DNA of 64,000 nucleotides from Kondoa subrosea (lineage: Eukaryota): NCBI GenBank assembly GCA_039545335.1, contig BCIN01000001.1:2669136-2733135 (forward strand), in the 5' to 3' direction. This document shows, piece after piece, positions 43,272 through 56,199 of the stretch (position 1 is its first letter; every line of letters begins with the position of its first letter). The notes beneath the pieces are model-generated. The model did no database searches and was not told the DNA's origin. It saw only the letters and a program-made list of their open reading frames with translations. The position numbers were made by a program, and so were the translations under genes.

Positions 43272-43542
43272 GCTCCGGAACTTCACTATTTCAAAAACGC
43301 CTTACTCACGCCTCTCCAGTTTTGCGCCTTCAAATACGTTCTAGTTACTATATCCGTGATATTCAAGTGCTCTGAAGCAATTGTGGTGGTCGCAGGCTAT
43401 GATGGAGAATCATGCTCGATGGAGGAAGGTCAAAGGTCGTTCAAAAGGCAGCTAAGTTTCATGGCTCGACACAGACAAGATGATGAGATGAAAGACGGAA
43501 TAAGATAAAAGCATAAATTTGGTAAATATTGTACAGCGTTCA

Positions 43543-44073
43543 CTATTGTTTCTGAACATGAAGCTCATGAGTATAGTCACCCCCATTAGCATTAGCGACT
43601 AGCCTTGTAAAGTGATGTGTCTGCTCCCAGTAAAGTGAGGAATTGGGTCCTGCGGCTTTCAAGGTCACCCTTTGACCTTGTTCTAAAGCACGCACTTCTG
43701 CTAAGAACCGGTCGAAAATTGCCTTTCCATGGCCTTTCTTTTGCTCGTCGGGATGAACATAGAACAGGGCGATATGTAGATGAGCTTTCCCCGCCTCGTA
43801 TTTCTTCTCAATGATAGCATAGCCCACTACTTGACCGGAAGCCAAAGTAAGGACAAGAATCGCTTCGGTCAAGTTTACGAAGGTGAACCCCAAATGATTT
43901 TCTTCAGCGATTTGCAAGTAGTCCTTTTCTCCTGCTACGAAGTGATCCCAGTGCTCTAAAGGAGTTCCAACCTTCGCATCACGTATCTTGTCGGCTAGTC
44001 GTCCCCTCATCGCTAAGTACGCCATGTTGCCCATGACGTCGTTCGTAATAAGCTTGACAAGATGGAAAGGCAT
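43543..44073 (-). CDS. GNAT-family N-acetyltransferase (intronless)
   Basis: QVVGYA and HIALFYVHPDEQKKGHGKAIF (motif A, Q/RxxGxG). Confidence 0.75.
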   Translation of the reverse strand: MPFHLVKLITNDVMGNMAYLAMRGRLADKIRDAKVGTPLEHWDHFVAGEKDYLQIAEENHLGFTFVNLTEAILVLTLASGQVVGYAIIEKKYEAGKAHLHIALFYVHPDEQKKGHGKAIFDRFLAEVRALEQGQRVTLKAAGPNSSLYWEQTHHFTRLVANANGGDYTHELHVQKQ

Positions 44074-45180
44074 GAAGGTTATGATATAGGTTTGGAAATG
44101 GAATTGCGAAAGAAGAATAATACAGAGAGATGCCCGGCTTAAGGCGAAGAGATGGGATGGGATGAGAAAGAGGAGATGGTAAGGAGAAAAGAGCTATTTC
44201 TCGAAGGTCATAGACGAAGAGGCGAAGAATTCGGGAATACTAATATTAATTTGACAATATTGGCTTCAAAGGTATAACTTATTTTAGAACTAAGCTTTTG
44301 CCGTGCAAATCTGTTCAGTCAGAAGAGCAAAATGATACAGTGCCGATCAGCCATGGCAAAAGGTTGATGAAAGACCATGGAAAAAATTGAAATTGTCCAT
44401 CATGAAAGAACTTGAAGTTGATATCGAGGCGATACTGGGCTCTCTGATGCGATCTACTCGCTGATGTGAGCGCAGGTCTGACTATCTGCTTTTCGATATC
44501 AGATGTTCCCGGCTGCTTTAAGTTTGGGTGAAAGGACTCAGCTGCTGTAGTAATTGTCAAGTTTGTTTCGAGCAGCCAACACTGAATTCAGACGCCAAGG
44601 GCTCGAGCTAGACGCGTCCTCAAGCTAGTCAGAGCACCTGCAGTCGGCCGCTTTCGGTCACTTTATATCAATTGTCACCTTTGTTTCTTCAGCTCGTTCA
44701 AATGCTTCCTTACTGCCTGTCGCACAAGATCTGAGGAGTGATAATCTACCAGATTGACAGTAGACAGTAGACAAGCAATTCCTGGTCGAAGTCAAAGATT
44801 GCCTGGACAAAAAGTTGAATTACAAGAAGGATGTAAATCAAGCAGATAAGATGGTGTAACTTTCGCCAACTCTTGTAGGAACAGAGTAGTAAGAAGGCGC
44901 GCAATAGCGAATGACCTGTTTTGGTTTCGCTCGCCCTTTCACTTGTGCTCGCTTGTTGCCATGGATGTGCTGCGTCACCCGAAGCATGTACTCGGACTTC
45001 AGGTCATGCATGCGCCTTGGGTCTCGAGATGAAACCTTGACTTGGCGGAAAGGAGTTATCGAGATCTGTGTTACCGTTGCTTGATTCCTCTTCTGCTCTC
45101 TTCTTTCTGCTCGTCCGTTTACCAAGTGCTGGCACTGTGTCTTTCATTGTTGCCCATCAACTCTCGTTTGTCCTTTCAGT

Positions 45181-46738
45181 ATGGTTGTCTGTGCCGCACA
45201 GCTGGTCTTGCTCTCTCTTCTTTCTGTATCAGTACATGCACACAATTGGTTGCTCAGCCCGACGCCCCGTAACCCAGGTGAACAACAGTGTCTTGGATTT
45301 CTTGTACCAGCGCTAATCCATCGAACAGGCGAAGGCGGGCTCTACGGCGTAAGCAGTGTCTGACCCTCCGCCGCCCCCTTGTCTGAGCTCGCTCTCGATC
45401 TAGTCTGTACCTGAAGAATGGCAAAACTGTGGATCTGACAATACTGAGATCCCGGATGAAAACCAATTCGAGCGAGGAGCAACCTTTCAATCAAAATCGA
45501 TCTTCAACAATCATGTGTAAGTCAGCCTAGTTTCTCATGTGATGAGCTCACAGTCAACAGCGGCGGTTTTAATCGTTTCGCAATCGTCAAAATGGGCGAA
45601 GAAAACACTCCAGGAGTCTTTTCTGATCCTGCTAACTTCATCAAGCTATCTTGTGTATCTCAGTATGTCGAATCCGACTCACATACTGCGCCAGCACTGA
45701 TCGTCGTCGCCAGCTCTTGCGGTGGACGACGTCAAGATCGAACAGGACCTGAATGTAAGCTCCCACCATCATAGAGCGTAGCATCGTCGCTGATTATATG
45801 CATAGATGATTACGTACGCGCTTCCCGATGCTCATGCAGAACTTCAAACTTAGGTAATCGATTAAGTTCTCGCCTTATAACCTACCTGCCCAATCTGGTA
45901 TCGAGCAAGAGTACTTTCTCTTATATCGCTCTCTTCCAAAACGACGTCCTAATCCAAACCTCAATAGTAATTCTTCGGACGAGCTAGCATGCAAAAATGA
46001 TCTAGTATGGCCTACGCACCTTGAAGATGGCGAATACACTATGCAATGGGTCACATATGGTGTATCAGATAGCGACTCTATAAGGGAGAAAGCACTTCCT
46101 TTTTACCGGTAAGCCTACTCCTTTGAATCGTTTTCAAAATTTTGATGTTTCCACAGGTCCTGTGCCAACATTCGCATCTCGGGCGGCGCAGAAGTCACAC
46201 CAGCTCCGACAGTAAGCTACCTTTCCTTGGTCTCGGTTGGTTATCGAAGTGTAACAGGATAAATGCTCTTTCGAATTTCAAGGAGGAGATCGTGTAAATG
46301 CTATCTTGCACATATCGCTTACTCGCTCTGATCCCGTAATTGCAGGTCTTGAGCATGAAGAACTCAATCTATGAAGTCAGAGATCAAGATCTCGATACCT
46401 CTGTTTGCTCGTACTGGCGATTCAATTCTCAAGACGCTGATGAGTATTGGCCTGAAAGAAGCGGAGAAACAGATGCATCAGCTTTCCGAGTTGGTGCTCC
46501 GGCAGAGTATGTTGCTCATGTAGTTCCTGGCGTGCTGAGCACTTTACTGAATGGTCTTGAAAACAGAGTTGAAGCCTGTGGAGGGCTAGTTGGCGCGAAG
46601 AGAGCAAATACTTCGACCGCCCCTTCAGGCGACGCACCTCCAGATCAGCCAGATGCTGTTTCTGCCGCTCCTCCAAGGCATACTCGCCGACCTTACAGAT
46701 CAGGGCGTCCTCATAGATTCAATTCCCAAAAGTGCTGA
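45181..46738 (+). CDS. secreted histidine-brace, LPMO-like protein
   Basis: 20-aa signal peptide ending VHA, mature N-terminus HNWLLSPTPR, second His in NNHVGGF, then DGEYTMQW and FYRSCANIRISGG. Confidence 0.7.
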
Positions 46739-47745
46739 TTTGAACAAAAGGTACAGCTGGTCTGTATATTTGGAAGTCTGTTGTTTGTCGTCTTGTGAAG
46801 TAGCAGCTGGAATGCAATAAAACACTTCGTGATACATTGTGATGAAGTACAGGAAACGACTATGTTTGATACGGAAGACTATTAACATCATTGTATTGAT
46901 TCTCGTTTACGAGTATCACGATGGGATGAAATAACCAGAAGGTTGTGCGCGAATTTGATCTGCTCCGTTGGTGATTTGCTGTCTTTGAACTCTGTATTCC
47001 CTCAATTTCGCACCCTGTCCATTACATTAGCGTTAATATCAGCTGAATTCGACAACAACATACGATATCGGCTTCTTTCGCATCCATACGAGCTTGTCTA
47101 TCTTCTGCAGACTCTCCAGCTTCACATGCACAATCAGCCGTTCGACCTCCGTTTCGCTTTCGATACACTCACATAACTTTGCCATAATCTTTGTACTGAA
47201 CGAAGGCTTCCTCTCGCCTGGAAAAGGAGGAGGTCGAGCTTGACCGACTTTAAAATAGATCAGACGATGAACGGACTGTGTGCAATGGGTCTGATCGGCT
47301 TACTAGGTGTATCTGCTGCGCTTGGATAAGCTGGAGGAGCATTTGAAATGCCTGGAGATCCTGTGTAGTCTGCCATTGTTGCAGTTGCTTGTCTGGGATG
47401 AACCAAAGTTGAGTTTTGCAAATCCGGGGATCAAGGCAGATTTCGAGGGCGATATGCACCAATACAGCAGGATTGTGATGTCGAACTGCACTGGTGAGCT
47501 GGATATGTACGACGAGGAACTGAAGCTAGACTTATGCTATTTGAAGTCTGCTGACTAAGCAGCCTTAAGGATCAGACAGTGCGAGAGAAGCGGTGTCGAT
47601 CATATCTGTAATGGAACGACGGTGCCTCGTATCGGTGCGACTCTCACGAAGATTTCAAAGACGGATCCACTGAGGTAATACCTCGTCATTTCGAAAGTCC
47701 GTTTCTTCACCTTACACAGCGATTTCGGACTAGCTGCACTTGGTA

Positions 47746-48796
47746 ATGGAACTTCCTACTCTCTTGATCATCGGAGGAACTGGTAACACTGGAAAGAATG
47801 CAGTCAGAACTCTTGCAAATCTGAATAAAGACGAACATCAATATCGGCTTCTAGCAGTCACTCGGTCTCTCAAGTCAGCCGCAGTCGAAAGTCTTGGTCA
47901 GGTGGATAATGTAGAATGGGAGGAAAGAGATTGGACACAGATTGATGAGACTTACTTGAGGAACAAGAATGTTAAGCGGGTCTTTTTATGTGCTGCAAAC
48001 AGTCCCTCGCAATACACGGACGAAGCTGGATTCTTCTTTGCTGCTCTTCAAGCTGGTGTTGACTACGTGGTCAGAGTATCTAGTAAGTCTGTTGTCTTTG
48101 CATTGTAATTCGGAATCGTGACGCGCGAAGATAGCTACAACCTATTCTATTGGACCTGCAAGTCCTACTTATTATGGAAGAATACATTGGGGAATTGAAT
48201 CAATGCTCGAATCTTCTGGTTATGATAATCTGAAGTGGACTTCTTTACAACCTTCGATGTTCGACAGCTATTATTGCGGAGGAGCGATCTCATTCATTCA
48301 AGAGTTCAAGAAAAATGGAAAACAACCTTCGAAATTGAAAGTTACTGCCGATGACATTTGTGGAGCAGCAGTAATAGAAGCCGCAGATGTTGGTGCTATT
48401 GCTGCTAAACTTCTCATGCTTCATGATCCATCTAAGCACGATCATAAGAAGTATATTCTATCTGGACCGCAAGATATCAATGGTCAAGATGTAGTCAAAA
48501 TCGTAGAGAAGATTATTGGCGAGAAAGTGGAAAAGGTTGAATTCAGAAATGTCGATTGGTTGGGCGAGATCATCAACGCAGGCTTTCTGCAAGAGAGATT
48601 CAGATCCTCTCTTTTAGCTGCTGTGAACGGTCTGTGGACAGGCAAGGGAAGTTTGGCAAGCTTGCCTACTAGCGAGCAAATCATGGAATTGGTTCGTCTT
48701 TCTGGTGACTACACGGGAACAGCCACATTTTAAATTTCATCCTAGTGCCCTCCGACCACGACTTGCGAAGAAGCTTTGCGGCAAATGACTGCTTAA
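47746..48796 (+). CDS. NmrA-like NAD(P)-binding Rossmann-fold protein
   Basis: LIIGGTGNTGKNAVRTL, YYGRIHWGIESMLE, WTSLQPS, DVGAIAAKLL. Confidence 0.88.
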
Positions 48797-49004
48797 GCGA
48801 ATTCAACTTAGTTGTCAAGTAGAGTGAAAATTTGTATTTGAATCATGCATGCCAGCATTTCAGTCAGCATCAAAGAAGTGGTCTTCATTTGCACTCTGCG
48901 ATTAACGATTCAATTTCTATTGAGTAGTACAAGTGCGAAACCAATAAATACGATGTTGTTGGGTATTCCAATGTAACAAAGGTATATAGCACCAAATACA
49001 GATC

Positions 49005-51667
49005 TTACAGATGAGCCAATTGCGTTCCTTTCTTCTTTTTCGCGTCTCGGAAGAAGGCTAAGGCAAACATCAATAAACTGTATAAGGCGAGCAAACAGAG
49101 GGCAGAACTTACACCACATCAACGCCCAAACTCCACCCATTGTTACAATTGTACCAGCTATCACGCATCCGAAAACAATCTTTGGTGGAACACTTCCATC
49201 CGGTTCGCGAGATGTTGCTTTCAAACCATTTCTGGGCTGTTTGACATTGAGGGTGAAGATTCCGGTGACGACTTGAGTAGCAATGAAGGTTAGGGTGACA
49301 CAGTATAGACGGAGTAGGATCTGCAAAGAATAGTTTAGCTGCTTAGCTAGAGTCCCATGGTAAGATTCTCACCTTGTCATTTCTCGACTTGGTAGCCTCC
49401 AATGCTAGACGCAGAATTCCGACCAAGACAGGATGATCATGAGACAAAATGACATCGTAGAAAGTCAAACTTTGCTGCATGGTAATGACGTGATCTACCA
49501 AACATGTTTATATCAGCACGCAAGTTAAAGTTACTGTAAGATGATAAATTTACCTTGCAGATCGCCAAGATACATCGAGATATCACCAAGTTCCCTACTA
49601 CGTTTTCGCATGCCTCGAACGACATCAATTTTGGGTGCGAGTAGGCGAGACATGCCAGTAACTAGTTTTCGACTGTCTGCTATTCTTTGCACCAGAATTT
49701 TGGGATCGAAAGGTAGAGAAGCTCCTAATGCTTCGCCCAGACGACGTGGTTTTGATGGGTAAGCGTATTGATCGGGACGAACTTTTTCGCCCTTACTGTT
49801 TAAGGTGATATGTTTTACTTGAGACCGTGTATTAACGCGTAGTATAGAAGCAGGAGTGAAAGGAATAAAGAAGGAAGGTAAAGGTAGATGCCGAAAAGGT
49901 CCAGGTAGAGAATAGAAAGTTTGTGTTTGAGTGACTTTGACTCTGCGTAGAGGTTGTTTGCTTAGCGTCTTCTTTTGGGATTGGATTGCAGCGTCAGCTT
50001 CTATTGACGAGTGATGCCGCATCCAGTCATTCAGTGGATCTGCAAGGTAGCCATCTAGATCGCGCGATTCGCCTTCGATAAAATTGATCAAGGGAAAGAA
50101 TGCATCAACAATGGAATCCATCAAACTGTAAGCGATCCATTCTAGAGGAGGATCAGCTGATGAGCAAGGCAGTAGATGGAGTACTGACGAGAATCTATGG
50201 TGCGCAGTAGTCCATGCTCTTGAATACCACGTCTGGTCGCCAGCAGATGCTTGTCCAAAGGCTCGAAGCGGAACTGTGCATAAGATGGCGCAACTTCAGC
50301 TATCTAGATAGCTCAGAAATTACACTATCACGCACAGATATGATACCATCTTCGTAAATGACAAGGTAGAGATTGACAGCTCCAACACCGACACCTTCTA
50401 CACCTTCTTTCCCGCCCACACCTTCGACGATCTCCAGTTTCCCTCTAGCACTTCTTCTCATCGCATCAGATTCATGTCTTTCCTTCAAGGAGTCCATAAT
50501 TGTTCCCGAACTATCCAAATCGCTCTTCTCTCCTTCCTGCCAATTCCTTTCTTTTTCTTCACTATTGGGAAGGTCCACTTGTTGATCAGATGAAGAATGA
50601 GAAGCAGAGTATTTGAAATAGCTTTCATCCAAAGCTCTGAAAACGATGAATTGATAACCCAAACGATCAAAGTGTTCAATCTTCTCTCTCGTATCTTGTT
50701 GCAAGATATCTTCAATAGTGAGAGGATGTAAAGGTAAGTATTTTCTTAAAGTTCTCATGGAACCTGCTGTAGGTGCTAGAACGTCTAACCACCAGGAAGG
50801 TTGATTTGAATTTATTGGTCGAAGAGGTTGAGAAGATTTGAGGTTGTTCGGTATAAAGGCGGGTTTATCTTTCGACGACGATGAGGAGGTACCGAGATCA
50901 GCTGATGATGGATCTGACTCGGTCACTGCTTGCCAAAAAGAAGAAAGTTGAGCTAAGGCGGGTTGTAAAGATGAAGACTCGTGAATGTCAAAAGCCGAAC
51001 TGATGGTTGATGTTGGACTTATGGAAAGATTAGGCGTCATGAGAGTAAAGAAGGGGTCAGGCGGAATATATGAGTTGTCACTTGATGTGTCGGAAGAGGT
51101 TGATGAGCCAGAAGAAGATGAGTCTCGCCAGAAACGCCAGTTGGGGAAGGAGAAGGATGAACTGTGTGAATGAGTGCTGGCATTTGACGGTCGACGACCT
51201 GCTTTTGACGTAGTGGAAGAATTTGAGCTGCTGGAAGAACTGCTCGAAGAGCTGGAAGAACTAGATGACACTGAAGATTGACTACCACGTCTAGATCGAG
51301 CTCGTCTCAGCTTCTTGAGCGCTTTCTGAGCTGTTCGGTTCACAGTTGATTGCCTTCGTCTGCGCTGACCAGAAGATGCAACAGACATTGCTCGTTTTCG
51401 CTGCCTCCGCCTAGCTAACTTTTCCGGGGTCATAAAGGCAGCAGCAGCAGCTCTTCCGTCCTGCCTTTGCTGTTCCATTTCATCTTCTTCTAAATCAAAC
51501 TCCGAAGGTCGAAGAAAATGGTCTGCTACATCAAACTCCTCTTCCTGATCTTGCTGTGTCACTGAAGGCCTGCTGCCCATCCTTTTTAACTCAATCATCT
51601 CTCCTGCTCCAGCTGCCTCTGGCTGAATTGGCACGTTCATGCTGTGCAAATGTTTATTTCTGTCCAT
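49005..51667 (-). CDS. CorA-family (Alr1/Mnr2-like) divalent cation transporter
   Basis: WWLDVLAPT, LHPLTIEDILQQDTREKIEHF, WIAYSLMDSIVDAFFPLI, MYLGDLQDH, two C-terminal TM helices. Confidence 0.9.
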
Positions 51668-51839
51668 GGCCTTCTTCCAAGAGACGCTCGCTCAACGTCG
51701 AACCGCAATTCCATATATAGTGTGCAACAACAGATAGAGAGATGTGATATACCAACAAACGACGCAAGGAGGTTATCTCGAGTCGGTCACCGTTTTGGAA
51801 GAACAAGTCTTATTTCTTGTTCCACGAGTTTGGCGAGTC

Positions 51840-53892
51840 ATGGTTGAACAGAATGAGAGGCAGCCTTTACTAGGCAAAGGGCCAGAGAGATCCTTGACCT
51901 CGGCGCAGAAGCAGAGGATTGCGTTGGTGTGCTGTATTTTGAGATTCACGGAACCTATATCGTTTGTCTCCTTTCGGACTCGCTGTACAGCTGGAATGGC
52001 TGATAAGTCAATACTACAGACTTCTGGTCATCTTCCGTAAGCGATGAAGTGTCCGATCAGTGTAGATCTGATCTCATTGACCGAATCTAGCATTTGTCAA
52101 TCAAGTGAGTTAAAGCTGCTTTGACACACAGGACATGCTAATGTGGTTGCTAGATGATCAAAGAGCTACAAATAGCGAAAGATGATTCACATGTTGGCTT
52201 CTATGCAGGAGGTTTAGAAAGTCTGCTGTCATTATCTCAATTCTTGACAGGTATGTTCGCTATCTGACTGCTCAACAATCTTCTGATTTTCTCTCAGTCT
52301 TTATATGGGGACGTTTGGCCGATAAGATAGGTAAGATTCTCCCTAAATCTACATTCCCCGATTTTGATTTGTCACAGGGAGGAAACCTGTGCTATGTCTC
52401 GGCACGTTAGGAGTAGCCATATCAACACTTGGCTTTGGATTCAGCAGGAATTTCAAAATGATGGTCGCGTTTCGATGTATAGGGGGATTTATGAACGGTA
52501 ACGTGGGAGTTGCGCAGAGTGTGCTTGCAGAGGTATGCGGTCTTCCCAGAGGCTCTCTCATGTAGCTCATGAGAAGAGCAGATATCGACAGAAGACGATC
52601 AAGCGAGAACACTTTCATACCTTCCTCTAGCTTACGCGTTGGGCTCCATAGTAGTCAGTCTGCTTTGCTTGATTTCGTTTACCGTCTAAAAGCTTACCAG
52701 GGTCCACTAATTGGCGGCTATCGTAAGCTAATGTAACGCTTGATGGCGACACAGACTGACCCATAAATAGTCGTCCATCCATCGAATACCTTCAAATCGC
52801 TAAAACACTCAACCTTCTTCATTGACCATCCTTATGTCTTACCTTGCGCTGTGGCTTCTGGTATATCCTTTATTAGCTTTCTGATAGCTTTGTTCATGCT
52901 AAAAGAGGTTAGTTCTGTTTTTGGCTTGGAAGCATTTGCTCATATAGTGTCCAGACCTTGCCACAAGATCAACATAAGAAGCAAGATAGCTCGGCAGAGC
53001 CAGAAGTACCAGAAGCGAATGAGGCCTTGGAAGCTACCAAACGATCTCGTGTATGGATCGTCCTTGGCAACTTTGCTCTCATCGCTTTGTGCGTTCACTT
53101 CATTGTCTACTCGTGAAATATCTAATTTCACAACCAGACTGGGGACCGGTCTTGGCACAGTACTTCCTCTCTTCTCCTTTACGCCAACTCGACTAGGTGG
53201 ACTGGCCTTTTCTTCATCTAGTATAGGTGTTCTCGTTTCTCTCTCGGGAGCCTTGACGATGGTCATTCAATTCTTCGCTTTCCCTCCATTGGAACACAGA
53301 CTAGGCAACGTCAAACTGTATCGCTTTTCGGTAGCTTTCTTTCCTTTGGTCTTTCTTGGATGGCCAGCGATTGCAAGATTGGCTAAAGGCAGATTCGAGA
53401 TGGGTCATTATCCCGATGCGGCTATGTGGATTGCTATCACGATCAATTTATTACTATCAGGTCAGTCTATCGACTTTTTTAATGCGCATCCGTGCTGATC
53501 TGCTCGACAGCTATTGCCAATTTGGCCTTTTGTAAGCTGACAGCCAATCATCTCTACTATTTTGACTGTATATACAGCTGCCAACATGGTGAATGTCTCT
53601 GATCTGGCTCCATCTCGACATGCGCTCGGAACAATAAACGGTCAGGCAACTACGACTCAGAGTATATCAATTCCGCTGATCTGTTGCATTAGGTCTTGCT
53701 CAGTCAGCAGCTTCCTTCATGCGAGCTATCGGTCCTCTCTCCATCTCTTCGCTTTTCGCCTACGCAGCAGGAAAACACGAATTAGGCGGCTATCTTATCT
53801 GGCTCGTTCTTTTCGTGGTTTCACTCGTTGCTTTCGGTGTCAGCTTCTTAATAAGAGATGAAGGCGCAGAATGGAGAGAGGAAGACAAGTGA
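51840..53892 (+). CDS. major facilitator superfamily transporter (DHA1/ZIFL-like)
   Basis: LRFTEPI, WGRLADKIGRKPVLCLG, GFMNGNVGVAQSVLAE, GPLIGGY, LGTINGLAQSAASFMRAIGP. Confidence 0.9.
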
Positions 53893-54205
53893 AAGTAACA
53901 ATACAGCTTATCAGAAATGCCTGTCCCGCTTGTTTTCGTCTTCTGGTCTTTCTTCTCTGCTTCTTGACATTCGAGTCTTTGGTATCTCAAATCATGCGCC
54001 TTTGCTCATGACACTATAGTACGTCATCTGCGCGAGGCTGGGTTGTTTTAGTGCCTTTTGCAAAGGCAAGACGAGCAGCCTCGAAATATCCAATCCGCAC
54101 TATCCTTGTTCTGTATCTTCAATCCAGAAACCTTTGCGGAATTACTCTGAGCCCATACCTATACCAATTTCAGAACGGACAATATCTACTTCTTCAACAC
54201 CGGGT

Positions 54206-54647
54206 ATGATGGACAAGCTGAAAGCCAAACTATGTACGTCTGATACTTCGATCTCAACAACAAAGAACCGCTCTTATAATCATGCAGCTGGTGAGACGGT
54301 TGAAGAACGAGAAAGGAGAAAACAAGCGGAAGCTGCGTACAAGCAACAGCGTTCGAAGCAAATCGCCGCCCATACTACTCGCGTCGGTATAAACCACAGC
54401 TCAACTGCTGCTGCTGCTGGTGAGCACTTCTACCTATTCTGGAGTGTGCGAGGCTCACTGGTCACCAGGTCTCGCTTTTGATGGAGGCGGAACAGATTCA
54501 GGAAACTCGTCTAGTGCTAGCGATTCTGGAGGTTCTAGTGGCTTCTCAGGCGGTGATAGTGGAGGAGGAGGAGACGGAGGAGGAGGGTCTGTATTTCGCT
54601 ACTACTGCACGCTGTTCGAGCTGAAATATCAATTCAGCGGATGTTAA
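54206..54647 (+). CDS. small orphan Gly/Ser-rich protein, tandem paralog A
   Basis: Four exons giving MMDKLKAKLSGE...AYKQQRSKQI...GGDSGGGGDGGGGGC*. Confidence 0.65.
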
Positions 54648-54960
54648 CTCCAGTCACGATGGACGGAATACTCGCCCTGTACACTCTGTACTACGCTGCT
54701 CTCACTCCTATGGTCATTTAGCTATATTGCTAGCTGTCTGTCTATGTCTTCCTGTGTTCCTCGATTTCACACTTTCCCTTTTCCCGCTCACGTTCAGAAC
54801 AGCCTCATTGATAAGAATCTGGCCGTCGTCCAGGTACGTGCCTGAGAGATGGTAACCCGTCATGTACCGATGTGTTCTTTTTAGAACAGAAGAGGCCTTG
54901 AATTTCTTCTTGTTCTTCTTCTCTTAATGTTTATTGTGTCAATACAATTCACAGCAACAG

Positions 54961-55514
54961 ATGCCTTCGCAGAAATCATTCTTGGGCAGGTTGAAAACGA
55001 AATTGTGTGCGTGCTTGTCATAGCTGCCTCAAAATCGCTGACGCGTGAATTTAGCTGGCAAGAAGACTGATAAGACCGAAGAGTCAAAGAAGAGAACTGC
55101 AATTTCTACCTCGCATTCTACCTCAGACGCTTCTGCGTACAGGAAGCAACGCTCGCAAATCATCTCAAATCAGAATGCGGCTCTGGCTATCATTACAGCT
55201 CAAAACACAGCTCTGGCTACTTCACTGATGGCCGCACAAAGTGCAGCCAGTAGCGCGTCTTCTGGTCAATTCGATTGACGAATGACAGATTTTTGTTATG
55301 CTAACGAGAGATGTTACAGCTTCTGCCTGGAGCGGGTCCTACAGTAGTAGTTTGCCGTCTGGGTGCGATTCCGGATACACTTCTTCTCCAACCTCGATGG
55401 GCTGTGACTCGGGAGCTTCTTTCAGCGGAGGAGGATTCTCAGGGTTAGTCTTTCTCTCTTCTCAAGAGATATGATGCGCATAGGCTGACGTGCCTTACCG
55501 CTATCAGCTGCTAG
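54961..55514 (+). CDS. small orphan Gly/Ser-rich protein, tandem paralog B
   Basis: Four exons giving MPSQKSFLGRLKTKLSGK...AYRKQRSQII...GCDSG...GCDSG...FSGC*. Confidence 0.65.
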
Positions 55515-56199
55515 ATGCTTCTTGGCGGTGTTGTCCCGATCAGATTGTTCTCTATCTCTTTTGTAATATGATGTTCCAAGCTTATGAAAGTGATTGCGGC
55601 TGTTTTTTCTGCTTGCTCAGTACAAATGGATACTTCGAACCCTAGTCTCGCTACGATTGCTTAACGAGCGATTTTGTCTCTCCCCTGTACTACCGTCAGC
55701 CGTCAGCAGCCCTGTTCCCTTGAACAGTACCGAGAGATCCTGTATACATCCTCTGAAGTACTTCATCGGTCTTGACTCTTTCTTCTGTCGAAATCATGTC
55801 CAATTCCTACTGTAAATGTGATGCGAGAGATTTTGCTGAAGTACGGGCACTGCCGCACTGGCGTATACCGATGATTGCTTTGGCGTACTTGCGGTCTCTT
55901 CCTAGTCTCGCTCCTTTGCTGCACCAGCCGAATGCATTTTGTATGTCTAGCCTGACGTGTTTTCAAATCTGCTTGTTGCCGAGGTAGCATGATCTGTCGC
56001 GGCATCTTTAGGTCATACGCGTCTGGTTCGCGCTTTAGCGGACGTATCTCGAAGTGGTCTGCTGTTGTGTAAGCTTTTGGTCCCGTTCGAAAGGGTAAAA
56101 CAGGTTGTCAAAATTCCTCTCTCTCTCTTTCTCAGTGTCCCTGTTCTTGCTCTTGTTCTCTTCCTGTGATCTTGATTTCGCTAGAATCGAGCATCTGCA

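Noticed and set aside
46943..47558. Leu-rich ORF fragments, possibly a decayed F-box/LRR gene
   Set aside because: I could not build a coherent spliced model or find a recognisable motif.
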